A model generated the notes under the pieces. The model had not been told where the DNA came from and searched no databases. It worked only from the letters and a program-made list of their open reading frames with translations. The translations under genes were made by a program, and so were the position numbers. Positions 36,643 through 45,666 of a DNA stretch of 64,000 nt are shown piece by piece. The stretch covers positions 105 through 64,104 of the forward strand of contig JAHHRQ010000003.1 of the NCBI GenBank assembly GCA_020025715.1, written 5' to 3'. The stretch comes from Oscillospiraceae bacterium. Its GTDB lineage: Bacteria > Bacillota > Clostridia > Oscillospirales > Oscillospiraceae. Position 1 is the stretch's first letter. The number at the start of each line of letters is the position of its first letter.

Positions 36643-36688
36643 CAAAAAATCCCCTTGAATTTCCTGCATTTTGTGGAAATTCAAGGGG
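36643..36688 (-). terminator. Rho-independent terminator after the orphan binding-protein gene
   Basis: 14-bp stem CCCCTTGAATTTCC / GGAAATTCAAGGGG (36651-36688), followed on the minus strand by ATTTTTTGTTTCC. Confidence 0.85.
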
Positions 36689-36698
36689 CGTTTCACGC

Positions 36699-37502
36699 TC
36701 AGTGAGCGTTATAGTAATAAATTGCGGTGCTGTCGGTAAGTACGGTGTCACAGCGGCCTGAAAAAAGGTAGCTGAAACACTCGGTTGTACCGCCGGCAAG
36801 TCTTGTTATCTGACCCATGCGGTTTGCCAGCTTTTCATCGGTGCCGAGGGCTTCAAGTGCCTCAGGGGTGGAGGGCATAACCATTTTTTTGTTGGAGAGC
36901 ATAAGTCTGTTCCATATCATGCTTCCGTCTCTGGAGGCTATAACAATATCGTTATGGACATAAGGGCCGTACTGGAGAATTCTGCCCTTATCAATATCCG
37001 TCTGATCGAGGGCAATGCCGCCCCATGCACAGTCGATATTGCCGGAGGACAGCTCAACATACACATCCTCTTTTTCTATGGGCTGAATTTTAAGGTTCCA
37101 GCCAAGGCGCTCACATACCGCCATTGCAAACTCCACATCATGGCCCCAGTATTCCCCGTTTGCCACATAGGCCATAGGGAAAGAGTTTATATCAACGCCT
37201 ATTATAAAGTCTCTGGGCTCGGGCATACCCACTTTTTCCAGAGCCTTTGCATTCTTTTTAAAGGTCACTATCTTTTCACCGAACCATTTGGATGAAAGCT
37301 CAGCCACCTTGCCCTCTGCCGCCAGAGTCTCAATGGCAGCAATGATATAGGTTGCAGTAGGGTCTCCGGTTCTGAAAGCAAGGGAATAATCCTGCTCCAC
37401 CAGAGTCTGCACCACTTTCACCCCGTATGAACCGCCTCCTCCGCAGCCTGCGGCACCAAGACAGATACATACTGCAAGTAATATACACAACACTTTTTTC
37501 AT
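36699..37502 (-). CDS. Orphan amino-acid-type (type II PBP / SBP_bac_3-like) substrate-binding lipoprotein
   Basis: Lipobox LLAVCICLGAAGC-GG. The core FIIGVDINSFPMAY...GHDVEFAMAVCERLGWNLKIQP...SSGNIDCAWGGI is SBP_bac_3-like. No permease or ATPase gene is adjacent. Confidence 0.72.
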   Translation of the reverse strand: MKKVLCILLAVCICLGAAGCGGGGSYGVKVVQTLVEQDYSLAFRTGDPTATYIIAAIETLAAEGKVAELSSKWFGEKIVTFKKNAKALEKVGMPEPRDFIIGVDINSFPMAYVANGEYWGHDVEFAMAVCERLGWNLKIQPIEKEDVYVELSSGNIDCAWGGIALDQTDIDKGRILQYGPYVHNDIVIASRDGSMIWNRLMLSNKKMVMPSTPEALEALGTDEKLANRMGQITRLAGGTTECFSYLFSGRCDTVLTDSTAIYYYNAH

Positions 37503-37529
37503 ACTATCCCACCAGTTTTATATTTTCTC

Positions 37530-38927
37530 TCAATGTCTCGGCGTATACTTTCCCTTTGAGACCTTCTTTTCCGCTTTCTTCTTTGCGGGTACTTTTTCAG
37601 TTTTCGCAGCTTCATGTTTTTTTACGGGTCTGACGGGTTCGGGAGCCTCAAACTGCTGTTCTTCCTCATCCCACGGCTCTCTTTCGTCCCACTGCTCCGC
37701 CTCGTCATTTTGAGCACTCCGCTTATTTTTCTTAGGCTTTTTAACGGCAGACACCACAAGCAGTACAACAGCCGCCGCTGCGATTACGCCGATAACCACA
37801 ACTGCTTTCTTTACGAACGCATCTCTCTTGGCCTCTTTTTCTTTCTGAAGCTCAGCCTGCTTTATGCGCTCCTGTTCTTCCTGAGCCTTACGCTCTTCCT
37901 CTTCCTGCTGCTCTCTTTCTATTCTCTCCTGCTCCTCCTGAGCTTTTTTCTCTTCTTCCAGACGGAGCTGCTCTTTCTCTGCCTTTTCTTTCTCAAAGGC
38001 TTCAAGCTTTGCATCCAGAGACAGGGTGTATTCCTCAAAAATAGGCGCAAAACCGGCGATTACATCGTCGTTAAGACCCATATTCTCGGTCATAACGGTG
38101 AGAATAAAGGGATTGGGAGTATAGATAATTCCGGCAGTATGGCTGAAAGCTTTATTGCTCTTATCAACCAGTGCGCCGTATTTCTGGGCGATTTCATATT
38201 TATCCCCCAGAGTTCTGTTAAAATAGGTATCGGGCTGAGCCTGTTTAAGGCACTCTATAACATGAGGAAAACGCTCATTTTCAAAATAAAGTGTCTCCAT
38301 AACGTCTGTCATAAAGCGGGCGTTAAAGTAGCTGTAATCATAGAAATTATCCACATATTCCTCTTTGGGCATATCTGAATATCTCTGGTACAGCTCGCGG
38401 CACTTTCTGTTTCCCTCCGATGTCTCGTAGGGCACATCGGCTATGTAGTTCATGGTGAGGTGACCGTAGTCGTTGTTTGAATAAACCAGAACCAGCTTTT
38501 CAAGCTCGGAAAGCTTCATGCCTCTTATATCGGAGTCCTGAGTCAGCTTGCCCTCATGCTCCCCCTCTGCCATAATCATAAAAAGGGGCACTTTATACAT
38601 GCTGGCGCTGTAATACCACTTATCCTTATTATAGTACCATGTGTCTCCGGTAGGGGTATAGCAGTAGCCTATGCTGATGTTTTCAGGATTATAGTTTTTG
38701 GAGGCAATATAGTCCTCCAGCTTCTGGCGAAGCTCCTCATCATCTATAATGCTCTCCTGCTCTTCCGGTGCAGGCTCTTCGGCAGGCTTTTCCTGCTTTT
38801 CTTCCTCCACCGTGCTTTCCTCTTCCGCCTTGGCTTCCTCTGCAAAAGCGGTGGTAAGAGGGAGAACCATAAGCATACACAGCAGCAGACATATCGAAGT
38901 TTTAAACAGCTTTGAAACTTGTTTCAC
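37530..38927 (-). CDS. Class-A beta-lactamase-like serine hydrolase with E/K-rich coiled coil and C-terminal membrane anchor
   Basis: 465 aa. Signal peptide, S-x-x-K motif (SASMYKVP), about 60 aa of E/K/Q repeats (KAQEEQERI twice), TM helix VVVIGVIAAAAVVLLVVSAV, then a basic tail. Confidence 0.6.
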   Translation of the reverse strand: MKQVSKLFKTSICLLLCMLMVLPLTTAFAEEAKAEEESTVEEEKQEKPAEEPAPEEQESIIDDEELRQKLEDYIASKNYNPENISIGYCYTPTGDTWYYNKDKWYYSASMYKVPLFMIMAEGEHEGKLTQDSDIRGMKLSELEKLVLVYSNNDYGHLTMNYIADVPYETSEGNRKCRELYQRYSDMPKEEYVDNFYDYSYFNARFMTDVMETLYFENERFPHVIECLKQAQPDTYFNRTLGDKYEIAQKYGALVDKSNKAFSHTAGIIYTPNPFILTVMTENMGLNDDVIAGFAPIFEEYTLSLDAKLEAFEKEKAEKEQLRLEEEKKAQEEQERIEREQQEEEERKAQEEQERIKQAELQKEKEAKRDAFVKKAVVVIGVIAAAAVVLLVVSAVKKPKKNKRSAQNDEAEQWDEREPWDEEEQQFEAPEPVRPVKKHEAAKTEKVPAKKKAEKKVSKGKYTPRH

Positions 38928-39015
38928 ATTATTTCTCCCATATCTATATTTCTTTGTAAGAATACAGAATATTTCAAACTAAATCAAGTGATTTACCGGT
39001 AATTTCTCTTATTTG

Positions 39016-40323
39016 TTATAAAATCTCAATTTCGCCGCCCTGTCTTTTTATAGAGCTGCCGAAGAAGCAGCGGGCAGCCTCTATAAGATATGCAGTATCT
39101 TCTGCGCCGGCAGTCTCGTAAGCTGAGTGCATTGCAAGCTGAGGCAGGCCCACATCAACAGTATCAATGGACACATGAGCGGAGCTTATATTGCCAAGCG
39201 TTGAACCGCCGGGCATGTCCGCTCTGTTGGTGTAGCTCTGCACGGGAACGCCTGCCTTTTTGCAGATTTCGCTGAAAACGGCGGCGGAAACTGCGTCGGT
39301 AGTGTATTTCTGGTTTGCGTTGTGCTTAATAACTACGCCCTTATTCATTGCAGGTCTGTCGTTTCTGTCTGCAAATTCGGGGTGGTTGGGATGAACTGCA
39401 TGGGCGTTATCGGCAGAGACCATAAAGCTCTGGTTTAAAGCACGGAGATAAGCGCTTCTGTCCATAGAGAACTGTTCGCATACGCGGCTTAAAACGTCCT
39501 CAAGGAAGGTGGAGTCTGCGCCCTGCTTTGTGCCGCTGCCTACTTCCTCATTATCGAAAATGCACACAACAGGTGCGCTCTTGCCCTCATCGGCCATTAA
39601 AAAGCCCTGTAAGCAGGAGAATGCGCACTGCAAGTCGTCAAGTCTGGGGGCGGAGATATACTCATTGTTTGCACCCCACTGGGTTCCTCTTGCACGGCAG
39701 TAGGTAAAGAGGTCATAGGAAATTACATTTTCCTTATCTGTGCCTGCGGCCTGAGCAACGGTTTCCTCAAAGCTGTTTTTGCCCTCGGCACTTGAAAACA
39801 GAGGCAGCATGTCAATATTGGCGTTGTAGCTCTTGCCGTCATTTGCGCTTCTGTCCATGTGAATTGCAACATTGGGTATCATAACAAGGTCTCTGTCAAT
39901 GTTAATAAGCTTGGAGCTGAGCTTTCCGTCCTGCTTAACTAAAACTCTGCCTGCAAGGGAGAGGGGTCTGTCAAGCCAGCTGGAGCAGATCATGCCTCCG
40001 TAGCGCTCGCAGTTTAACTGTATATACTCCCCTGCTGACTTAACGGCAGGATTGGACTTAATTTTAAAGCTGGGAGAATCGCCGTGAGCTGCCATTATCA
40101 TAAAGCCTGTGAAAGCATTTTCGGGCACTCTGAAAGCAATGATGGAAGAACCGTTTCTGCGGGCAAAATATTTTCCGCCCCGGCAGAGGTTCCAGCCTTC
40201 GCCCTCAAAAAGCTCGGTATAGCCCTCCGCTTTAAGAATCTCAGCTGCATTTTCGGCAGTATGCCATGCAGTAGGGCTTTTTTCTATAAAATCGAACAAT
40301 TCTTCGTTTATATTTTTATTCAT
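39016..40323 (-). CDS. M18-family aminopeptidase
   Basis: 435 aa from ATG 40323. FIEKSPTAWH, IMAAHGDSPSFK, IFDNEEVGS, MHSAYE. Confidence 0.85.
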   Translation of the reverse strand: MNKNINEELFDFIEKSPTAWHTAENAAEILKAEGYTELFEGEGWNLCRGGKYFARRNGSSIIAFRVPENAFTGFMIMAAHGDSPSFKIKSNPAVKSAGEYIQLNCERYGGMICSSWLDRPLSLAGRVLVKQDGKLSSKLINIDRDLVMIPNVAIHMDRSANDGKSYNANIDMLPLFSSAEGKNSFEETVAQAAGTDKENVISYDLFTYCRARGTQWGANNEYISAPRLDDLQCAFSCLQGFLMADEGKSAPVVCIFDNEEVGSGTKQGADSTFLEDVLSRVCEQFSMDRSAYLRALNQSFMVSADNAHAVHPNHPEFADRNDRPAMNKGVVIKHNANQKYTTDAVSAAVFSEICKKAGVPVQSYTNRADMPGGSTLGNISSAHVSIDTVDVGLPQLAMHSAYETAGAEDTAYLIEAARCFFGSSIKRQGGEIEIL

Positions 40324-40445
40324 AATGTTTAACCTCTTCTTTAAAATCACAATAAATTTATTATAACACAGCTTTTACACGATTGCAAAAGAAGAGACAA
40401 TATAGTATAGTTATACTAATCTAATTTAACCATGGAGGTATAGAT

Positions 40446-42131
40446 ATGAAAGTAAGCGAACTTCCCTACAAGCGCGTAAGTCTGGAAGAGCTGGCCTCTA
40501 CCATGACCGATGTTATCGACAGAATTAAAAACGCAGAAAACGTTGAGCAGATTCTTGCCGCCAGAGAGGACTACTTAAAGCTTTATCTGGAATTTTACAC
40601 CAATTACTCTCTCGCCTATATGCGTTATACCATAAACACTGTGGACGAATTTTATGTGGGTGAAAATGACTATTATGATGAGATAATGCCCGCCGTACAG
40701 AACTACATGGTTCAGTACGCCTCTGCCCTTCTGGATTCTCCCTTCCGCGCAGAGCTGGAAAAGGAGCTGAGCCCTGTGCTCTTTAAATCCATGGAGGCTC
40801 AGAGAAAGTCCATGGCTCCCAACGTAGTTGAGGATATGGTTGAGGAAAACAAGCTTGTCTCCGAATATTCCAAGCTCATGGCAGGCATGGAATTTGAGTT
40901 CAGAGGTGAGAAACTCCCCCGCCCCATGCTGGCAAAATACTACAAGTCCGACGACAGAGAAACCCGCAAGGAGGCTATGGAGGTTCTGGGCAGAACTCTC
41001 ATGGCAAACCGTGAGGCTCTGGACGATATTTACGACAAGCTGGTTCACGTCCGCACCCGCATAGCTCAGAAAATGGGCTACAAGAACTTTGTTGAGCTGG
41101 GCTACTACCGTATGGGCAGACTGTGCTACGACCAGAAGGATGTGGAAAACTTCCGCAAGAACGTAGTTGAGGACATCGTTCCCGTAGTTGCCCGCCTGCG
41201 CACCGAAAACGCAAAGCGCATGGGTATTGACAAGTTCATGTTCTATGATAACGAGGTTCTGGTTCCCGGCGGTGATCCCGTTCCCTGCGACAAGGAGCAT
41301 ATCTTCTCTGCCGCAAGAGAAATGTATCACGCAATGGGTAAGGAGACCGGCGACTTTATCGACATGATGATTGATAACGACGCTTTCGACGTTGACTCCA
41401 GAAAGAACAAGTGGGGCGGCGGCTACTGCACCGAATTCCCCAAATATAAGCAGCCCTTCATCCTCGCAAACTTTAACGGCACCTCCGGTGACGTTGACGT
41501 TGTTACCCACGAGGCAGGCCACGCACTTAACGCCTACCTTATAAGCGACAACCGCTTCGCTCTGGAGCTTCAGTGCGGCGGCATGGAGACTGCCGAAACC
41601 CACTCCATGAGCATGGAATTCTTTGCATGGCCCTACATGGACAAGTTCTTCGGTGAAGACGCTCCCAAGTACCGCTACATGCACGCTCTGGATGCTCTGT
41701 CCTTCATCCCCTACGGCAGCATGGTTGACGAGTTCCAGCACATTGTCTACGAAAATCCCGACATGACCCCCGCCGAGAGAAACAAGGCATGGGCAGAGCT
41801 TGAAAAGAAGTTCAGACCCCACATCAGCTTTGAGGGTATGCCTTATCTGGAAGAGGGCACACGCTGGCAGTACCAGATGCACATTTATGAAAGCCCCTTC
41901 TACTACATTGACTACTGCCTCGCTCAGACTGCAGCATTTAACTTCCTGCTTGCATCTCAGGACAACTACGATGATGCCTTCCGGCGTTATCTCCGCTTCT
42001 CCCGTCAGGGCGGCGAGAAGGTCTGGACCGATCTTCTCGAAGAAGCCGGCTTCAGCTCTCCCTTCACTCCCGGCGCTCTCAAGGAGCTTGCCCAGAGAGT
42101 TGAAGCTCTGCTCAACAAAATCAGAGTCTGA
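40446..42131 (+). CDS. pepF: M3-family oligoendopeptidase F
   Basis: 561 aa. Zinc motif THEAGHAL with a downstream E (ETHS). GGAGG SD. Confidence 0.9.
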   Translation: MKVSELPYKRVSLEELASTMTDVIDRIKNAENVEQILAAREDYLKLYLEFYTNYSLAYMRYTINTVDEFYVGENDYYDEIMPAVQNYMVQYASALLDSPFRAELEKELSPVLFKSMEAQRKSMAPNVVEDMVEENKLVSEYSKLMAGMEFEFRGEKLPRPMLAKYYKSDDRETRKEAMEVLGRTLMANREALDDIYDKLVHVRTRIAQKMGYKNFVELGYYRMGRLCYDQKDVENFRKNVVEDIVPVVARLRTENAKRMGIDKFMFYDNEVLVPGGDPVPCDKEHIFSAAREMYHAMGKETGDFIDMMIDNDAFDVDSRKNKWGGGYCTEFPKYKQPFILANFNGTSGDVDVVTHEAGHALNAYLISDNRFALELQCGGMETAETHSMSMEFFAWPYMDKFFGEDAPKYRYMHALDALSFIPYGSMVDEFQHIVYENPDMTPAERNKAWAELEKKFRPHISFEGMPYLEEGTRWQYQMHIYESPFYYIDYCLAQTAAFNFLLASQDNYDDAFRRYLRFSRQGGEKVWTDLLEEAGFSSPFTPGALKELAQRVEALLNKIRV

Positions 42132-42160
42132 AATTTTAAAACTTAAATCAGCATAAAAAA

Positions 42161-42187
42161 ATGGCATTTCCAAAACGGAAATGCCAT
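42161..42187. terminator. Bidirectional terminator between pepF and the pseudokinase-lectin gene
   Basis: ATGGCATTTCC-AAAAC-GGAAATGCCAT, flanked by A7 and TTTTTATTTTGTTTTT. Confidence 0.88.
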
Positions 42188-42200
42188 TTTTATTTTGTTT

Positions 42201-43865
42201 TTAATCGTTAAACTCGCAGATGTAGCCGATAGTGCCCTTATACCACTTGGGGTAATCTGCAACAGGATCGTTGCGGCTGTCGTTATATGCCCAGCCCTTG
42301 TTGTTCCAGAGCATCAGGTAATCTTCCTTTACTCCGTCGTATTCGTCCACATAAGAGGGTTCGTCTCCCTCGCCCCAAGGTGCGGGATAGTAGTCTATCT
42401 TTTCGCCGTTTTCCCAGACGAGAGTTTCATTTATTCTATGGCAGCCGATCCATACTCTGCCAAGGCCTGCCTCTTCTGCAATGGCAATGACCTTTTTAAG
42501 CTCCTCTTCGTCGCTGATAGTGACAAGGTAGCCGCCCTTTTCAATGCAGAGGTCGCTTGCCTCCTTCCAGCTTACATCAGCCTTAAAGACTTCGTATCTG
42601 GTAGTCTTGGGAGCTTCTGCCTCCGGCTCTGGTTCAGGTTCGGCTGGAGTTTCAGCGCCGTTTTCCGCCTCAGCATCGGGATTTACATCCGGTGCAGGGC
42701 TTTCAGTATCGGGAGTTTCTACGGGTAAACCTCCGATGTTGGGGGTTTCGGAGTTGATAATAGGCAGATTGTCAATTTCGCCGGTGTTCTTGCCCTCATC
42801 CTTCCACTGGAAGTCGTTGAGCATGGCATTTACGATTATAGCTGTTACAACAATAATTGCACAGATAATAAGCACTGCCACAAGAGAACGGTTTCTGCTC
42901 TTTTTGGCCTTGGCGGCAATATTCTTTTCCCGCTCGGCACTTCTGCCGTACTGAACAGCGGGCTTAATGTTCCGGCTCTGATTTAAAACCACCGGCTCCA
43001 GCTCGGGATTTTTATCCTCGGTGAGAATAGGCACAGGCTGTCTCTTAACCTCAGTCCGTTTTTTAGGCATGGGCTGTCTGTTGGGGGCGGGTCTTCTGGG
43101 CTGTCTCTTGACGGGCTCATAAACCTTTACATTTTCCTCAGGCTCCGGCTTTACCGGGGCTTCGGGAGCTTTGGGTACTTCGGGCTGTTCAGGCTCTGCG
43201 GGAGTTTCCTCCACCGCAGGTGCCGGCTCATCCTCAGGCTCATCAACGCCGTTTTCGATAATGTCTACCATTATCCGCTCAATGTCGGACAGGTCGTCAT
43301 CATTTTTATTAAACAGGGCTTCTGCGCTGGGTTCTCCGTTAAGGTAAAGGTTCTTATCGCAGTTATCCAGCATAATTTTCATTTCTTCCAGATTTTTATA
43401 TCTGGCTTCGGGCTTAAAGCTTGTAGCCTTGCTGATTATCTCTCCCAGCCTTCTTCCCGCTGCCTTGGGGGCAGGGAAATTATCTCCGTTCATGCGGCGA
43501 AGCTGAGGATTTTCACATTCGCCCTCATAAGGAAGTCTGCCGTTATTAAAAGCATAATACAGCAGCAGTCCCAGAGAATAAACATCGGAGGCCTGAGATT
43601 TTTTACCGTTCCAATAGAGTTCGGGTGCAAGGAAATCCAGTTCCTGTCCTTCCCATTCCCCGCTCTTTGCCGGGCCGATTGCAACTCTGCCCTCGGCATC
43701 CATGCAAATATTTTCGGGGTAAATTCCTCCCCTGTAAGCTCTGGTACCAACCTCATTCAGCACTCTGGAGCAGAGCTTAGAGCCCAGCTCGCAAAGCTCC
43801 TGCCGGTCCATATTTACTATACTCTTACCCAGAGTTTTTCCAGGCTCAAATTTTATATCTGTCAT
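42201..43865 (-). CDS. Membrane protein: degenerate Ser/Thr-kinase C-lobe (pseudokinase) - Pro/Glu linker - TM - C-type-lectin-like domain
   Basis: 554 aa. YRGGIYPENI replaces HRDLKPENI, and there is no G-loop, VAIK or DFG. APE (LAPELY) and DVYSLG are retained. TM helix LVAVLIICAIIVVTAIIVNAML follows KAKKSRNR. The C-terminus W.EA..LC...GGYL..I.S.EE...VWIGC....W.WENG....W..GDEPS...EDYL....WAYND......GYICEF fits the CTLD pattern. Confidence 0.7.
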   Translation of the reverse strand: MTDIKFEPGKTLGKSIVNMDRQELCELGSKLCSRVLNEVGTRAYRGGIYPENICMDAEGRVAIGPAKSGEWEGQELDFLAPELYWNGKKSQASDVYSLGLLLYYAFNNGRLPYEGECENPQLRRMNGDNFPAPKAAGRRLGEIISKATSFKPEARYKNLEEMKIMLDNCDKNLYLNGEPSAEALFNKNDDDLSDIERIMVDIIENGVDEPEDEPAPAVEETPAEPEQPEVPKAPEAPVKPEPEENVKVYEPVKRQPRRPAPNRQPMPKKRTEVKRQPVPILTEDKNPELEPVVLNQSRNIKPAVQYGRSAEREKNIAAKAKKSRNRSLVAVLIICAIIVVTAIIVNAMLNDFQWKDEGKNTGEIDNLPIINSETPNIGGLPVETPDTESPAPDVNPDAEAENGAETPAEPEPEPEAEAPKTTRYEVFKADVSWKEASDLCIEKGGYLVTISDEEELKKVIAIAEEAGLGRVWIGCHRINETLVWENGEKIDYYPAPWGEGDEPSYVDEYDGVKEDYLMLWNNKGWAYNDSRNDPVADYPKWYKGTIGYICEFND

Positions 43866-43953
43866 CGGATTTCCTCCTCATCCGCAGTCTGTCCATGTAG
43901 GAATTATGTTAACACACCCGACAGACTTCGTCAATGCTGCAATGAAAAAAGCT

Positions 43954-45558
43954 TTATTTTTCCATTTTATCAGCCAAATTGTTAAGCTGGTCGGCGTAGC
44001 CGGACAGCTCCTTGTTTGACCTGCCCTCCAGCTTTCTGCATATACGGAGAATTCTCTCCGCAGCGGCAATAAGACGCTGGAAAACAGCGCTTGCCCTCGG
44101 GCTCTGTCCTTTTGCCTTTTCTATGAGCTTGCCCTTTGTTACCTCAATAAATTCACCGGTAATAAGGTCAAAACTTGTTCCGCTGTACGGAGCATAGGCT
44201 TTGTAGCCTAGCTCGTTATTCAAGGTTGCGGTAAAGCTGTCGGCAGATTCCGGGTCACCGTGGTTTACGAACACCATTTTCGGCTTTTCCTCAAAGCCGG
44301 ACAGCCAGCGGATAAGACCGTCTTTATCAGCGTGGCCGCTGACACCGGGCAGAACGTCTATTGCTGCCCTGACGTTTATATCCTCATTGAACATTTTGAC
44401 TTTATCAATACCGTCTACCAGCAGTCGTCCCAAAGTTCCCTCCGCCTGATAGCCCACAAACAGCACTCTGCACTCAGGCCGCCACAGATTATGCTTTAAG
44501 TGATGGCGTATACGGCCTGCATCGCACATGCCGCTGGCGGAAATTATAACCTTAGGCGTGGGGTCCATGTTTATGGCAACAGAGTCTGCCTGAGTAACGG
44601 AAAGTTCGAGACCGGGGAAGATAAGGGGATTTACGCCGGAGCGCATAACCGCCTGCATTTCCTCATCCAGAAACTCCGTGTCGCACTGTAAAAACACACT
44701 GGTAGCCTCAACTGCAAGAGGACTATCCACATATACCGGGAAATCATCGTGGCCTTTTACAAGTCCTTTTTCCTTGATTTCTCTTATAAAGTACAGCATC
44801 TCCTGAGTACGGCCCACAGCAAAGGAAGGAATTATCAGGTTTCCGCCTGCATCCAGAGTGTCCTGTATGCGCTGAGCCAGAGCCGCAACATAATCGATAC
44901 GCTCCGCATTGTGGAGCCTGTCGCCGTATGTGGATTCAATAACCAGATACTCGGTGTCCTTTACAAACTGGGGGTCACGGAGTATAGGCTGGTGCAGGTT
45001 TCCAACGTCGCCGCTGAATGTAATTTTTCTGGTTTCACCGTTTTCGTGCATCCAGACCTCAATGGCGGCAGAGCCTAAAAGGTGGCCCACATCAGTCATT
45101 CTGATTGAAAACGCCTCGTTGACCTGTATCATTTGGTTATATGAACAGGGTCTCATGCAACTTAAAAGACCTTCCGCATCCTCCAGATCGTAGATAGGTT
45201 CTACCGGCGGCTCGCCCCGGCGTTTGGCCTTGCGGCTTTCCCATTCAGCGTCGGACATCTGGATATGTGCGCTGTCGCGGAGCATTATGTTACACAAAGC
45301 ACAGGTAGCAGAGCTTGCATAAACAACTCCCCGAAAGCCGTTTTTATACAGCAGGGGCAGATTTCCGGAGTGGTCAATATGGGCGTGGGTGAGAAGAACA
45401 AAATCTATCTCTTCCGGATTTACAGCCAGCTTCTGATTAACAAAAATATCCTTGCCCTGCTCCATACCGCAGTCAACAAGACCCTTTTTGCTGCCGGCCT
45501 CAATCAGTGTACAGCTTCCTGTGACTTCATGAGCAGCGCCGTAGAATGTGAGCTTCAT
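43954..45558 (-). CDS. MBL-fold beta-CASP family hydrolase (RNA-metabolising type)
   Basis: 534 aa. LLTHAHIDHSG (H-x-H-x-D-H), followed by beta-CASP and a C-terminal RMMBL-like HGD. Confidence 0.8.
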   Translation of the reverse strand: MKLTFYGAAHEVTGSCTLIEAGSKKGLVDCGMEQGKDIFVNQKLAVNPEEIDFVLLTHAHIDHSGNLPLLYKNGFRGVVYASSATCALCNIMLRDSAHIQMSDAEWESRKAKRRGEPPVEPIYDLEDAEGLLSCMRPCSYNQMIQVNEAFSIRMTDVGHLLGSAAIEVWMHENGETRKITFSGDVGNLHQPILRDPQFVKDTEYLVIESTYGDRLHNAERIDYVAALAQRIQDTLDAGGNLIIPSFAVGRTQEMLYFIREIKEKGLVKGHDDFPVYVDSPLAVEATSVFLQCDTEFLDEEMQAVMRSGVNPLIFPGLELSVTQADSVAINMDPTPKVIISASGMCDAGRIRHHLKHNLWRPECRVLFVGYQAEGTLGRLLVDGIDKVKMFNEDINVRAAIDVLPGVSGHADKDGLIRWLSGFEEKPKMVFVNHGDPESADSFTATLNNELGYKAYAPYSGTSFDLITGEFIEVTKGKLIEKAKGQSPRASAVFQRLIAAAERILRICRKLEGRSNKELSGYADQLNNLADKMEK

Positions 45559-45666
45559 AAAATAAACCCCCTTGTATTATTTCTGTATTAAAGTTATTAT
45601 TATTTTACACCAGACTTTGTGTCTTATCAACAATCCTTAATAAATTTTAATAATTTCGGAGTACAG

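Noticed and set aside
36614-36799. 61-aa minus-strand ORF spanning the terminator and the 3' end of the binding-protein gene.
   Set aside because: It overlaps a strong terminator hairpin and the out-of-frame end of a supported gene. It has no SD and a proline/threonine-rich nonsense composition.
37850-38000. Repetitive CT/GA-rich DNA, considered as a tandem repeat or CRISPR-like array.
   Set aside because: The imperfect repeats lie inside an open reading frame and simply encode the E/K/Q-rich coiled-coil segment. There are no regularly spaced identical repeats or spacers.
40575-42173. Very long antisense ORFs opposite well-supported genes. Examples: 40575-42173 opposite pepF, 47717-49297 opposite polC, 21541-22719 opposite the GH112 gene, 5968-7098 opposite the M20 gene, 3651-4673, 1801-2778, 13256-14143, 25491-26207, 30490-31341 and 62928-63626.
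   Set aside because: Their translations are low-complexity (rich in V/G/A/L/H/N) with no motifs, no SD-supported starts and no independent terminators. The opposite strand in each case encodes a protein with clear family signatures. They are the shadow ORFs expected from codon bias.
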